From the NCBI GenBank assembly GCA_002269645.1, contig NIVC01002804.1:1-35307 (forward strand): DNA of 35,307 nt, in the 5' to 3' direction. Below are positions 35,023-35,307 of this stretch, one piece after another (position 1 is the first letter of the stretch; every line of letters starts with the position of its first letter). This DNA comes from Macrostomum lignano. Its lineage: Eukaryota. The position numbers were made by a program, and so were the translations under genes. Under the pieces are notes generated by a model that saw only the letters and a list, made by a program, of their open reading frames with translations, did not search any database and was not told where the DNA came from.

Positions 35023-35307
35023 CTTCAGCGAGTCACCTCTCACTCCCCCAGTTCCTAAGTGTTCCTTTTCCCCCACATCCCCCAGTTCCCCAGTGGGTCA
35101 CCCCTCACTCCCCCAGTTCCTAAGTGGTTCCTTTTCCCTCACATCCTCCAGTTCCTTCCTAAGTGGGTCATCTTTCCCTCACATCCTCCAGTTCCTTCCT
35201 AAGTGGGTCATCTTTCCCTCACATCCTCCAGTTCCTTCCTAAGTGGGTCATCTTTCCCTCACATCCCAGTTCCTAAGTGGGTCATCTTTCCCTCACATCC
35301 TCCAGTT
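35023..35307. repeat. 33-40 bp minisatellite (CCTAAGTGGGTCATCTTTCCCTCACATCCTCCAGTTCCTT-like)
   Basis: CCTAAGTGG recurs with period 40 at 35158, 35198 and 35238. Runs off the window end. Confidence 0.9.

Overview
This is eukaryotic (animal) genomic DNA: it has spliceosomal GT-AG introns, GC-rich exons in AT-rich, repeat-rich surroundings, and no operons or CRISPR arrays. The style fits a repeat-rich invertebrate such as a free-living flatworm (Macrostomum-like), which is inference only. Host genes are two intronless paralogous Ly6/uPAR (three-finger) GPI-anchored protein genes (3994-4323 and 27417-27746, +), a decayed calponin/transgelin (myophilin/MP20-like) pseudogene split by an RTE insertion (28534-30905, -), a tRNA-Leu(TAA) (31927-32009, +) and the catalytic exons of a PDE9-like phosphodiesterase with two single-base frameshifts (32550-~34790, -). 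Mobile elements are a Penelope-like remnant, an IS630/Tc1-like DD30E transposase, a decayed Mag-type Ty3/gypsy, a 993-bp non-autonomous TIR element with an 8-bp TSD, a tRNA-derived SINE with a 12-bp TSD, a LINE 3' fragment, a Tc1 element with TIRs and TA TSD, and a 5'-truncated RTE with a 10-bp TSD. Much of the rest is one GGTAGAT-core satellite family (18-23 bp units) plus other mini- and microsatellites, which explain most long ORFs in the track. The most interesting signals are: (1) the Ly6 pair has near-identical signal and GPI-tail sequences but a hypervariable mature domain and lacks the normally core C4-C6 disulfide; (2) RFX X-box-like palindromes sit in a module that recurs beside the satellite arrays and upstream of both Ly6 genes; (3) a Tc1 insertion separates that motif from the promoter in one paralog; (4) a 14-mer palindrome recurs five times, three of them near splice acceptors.
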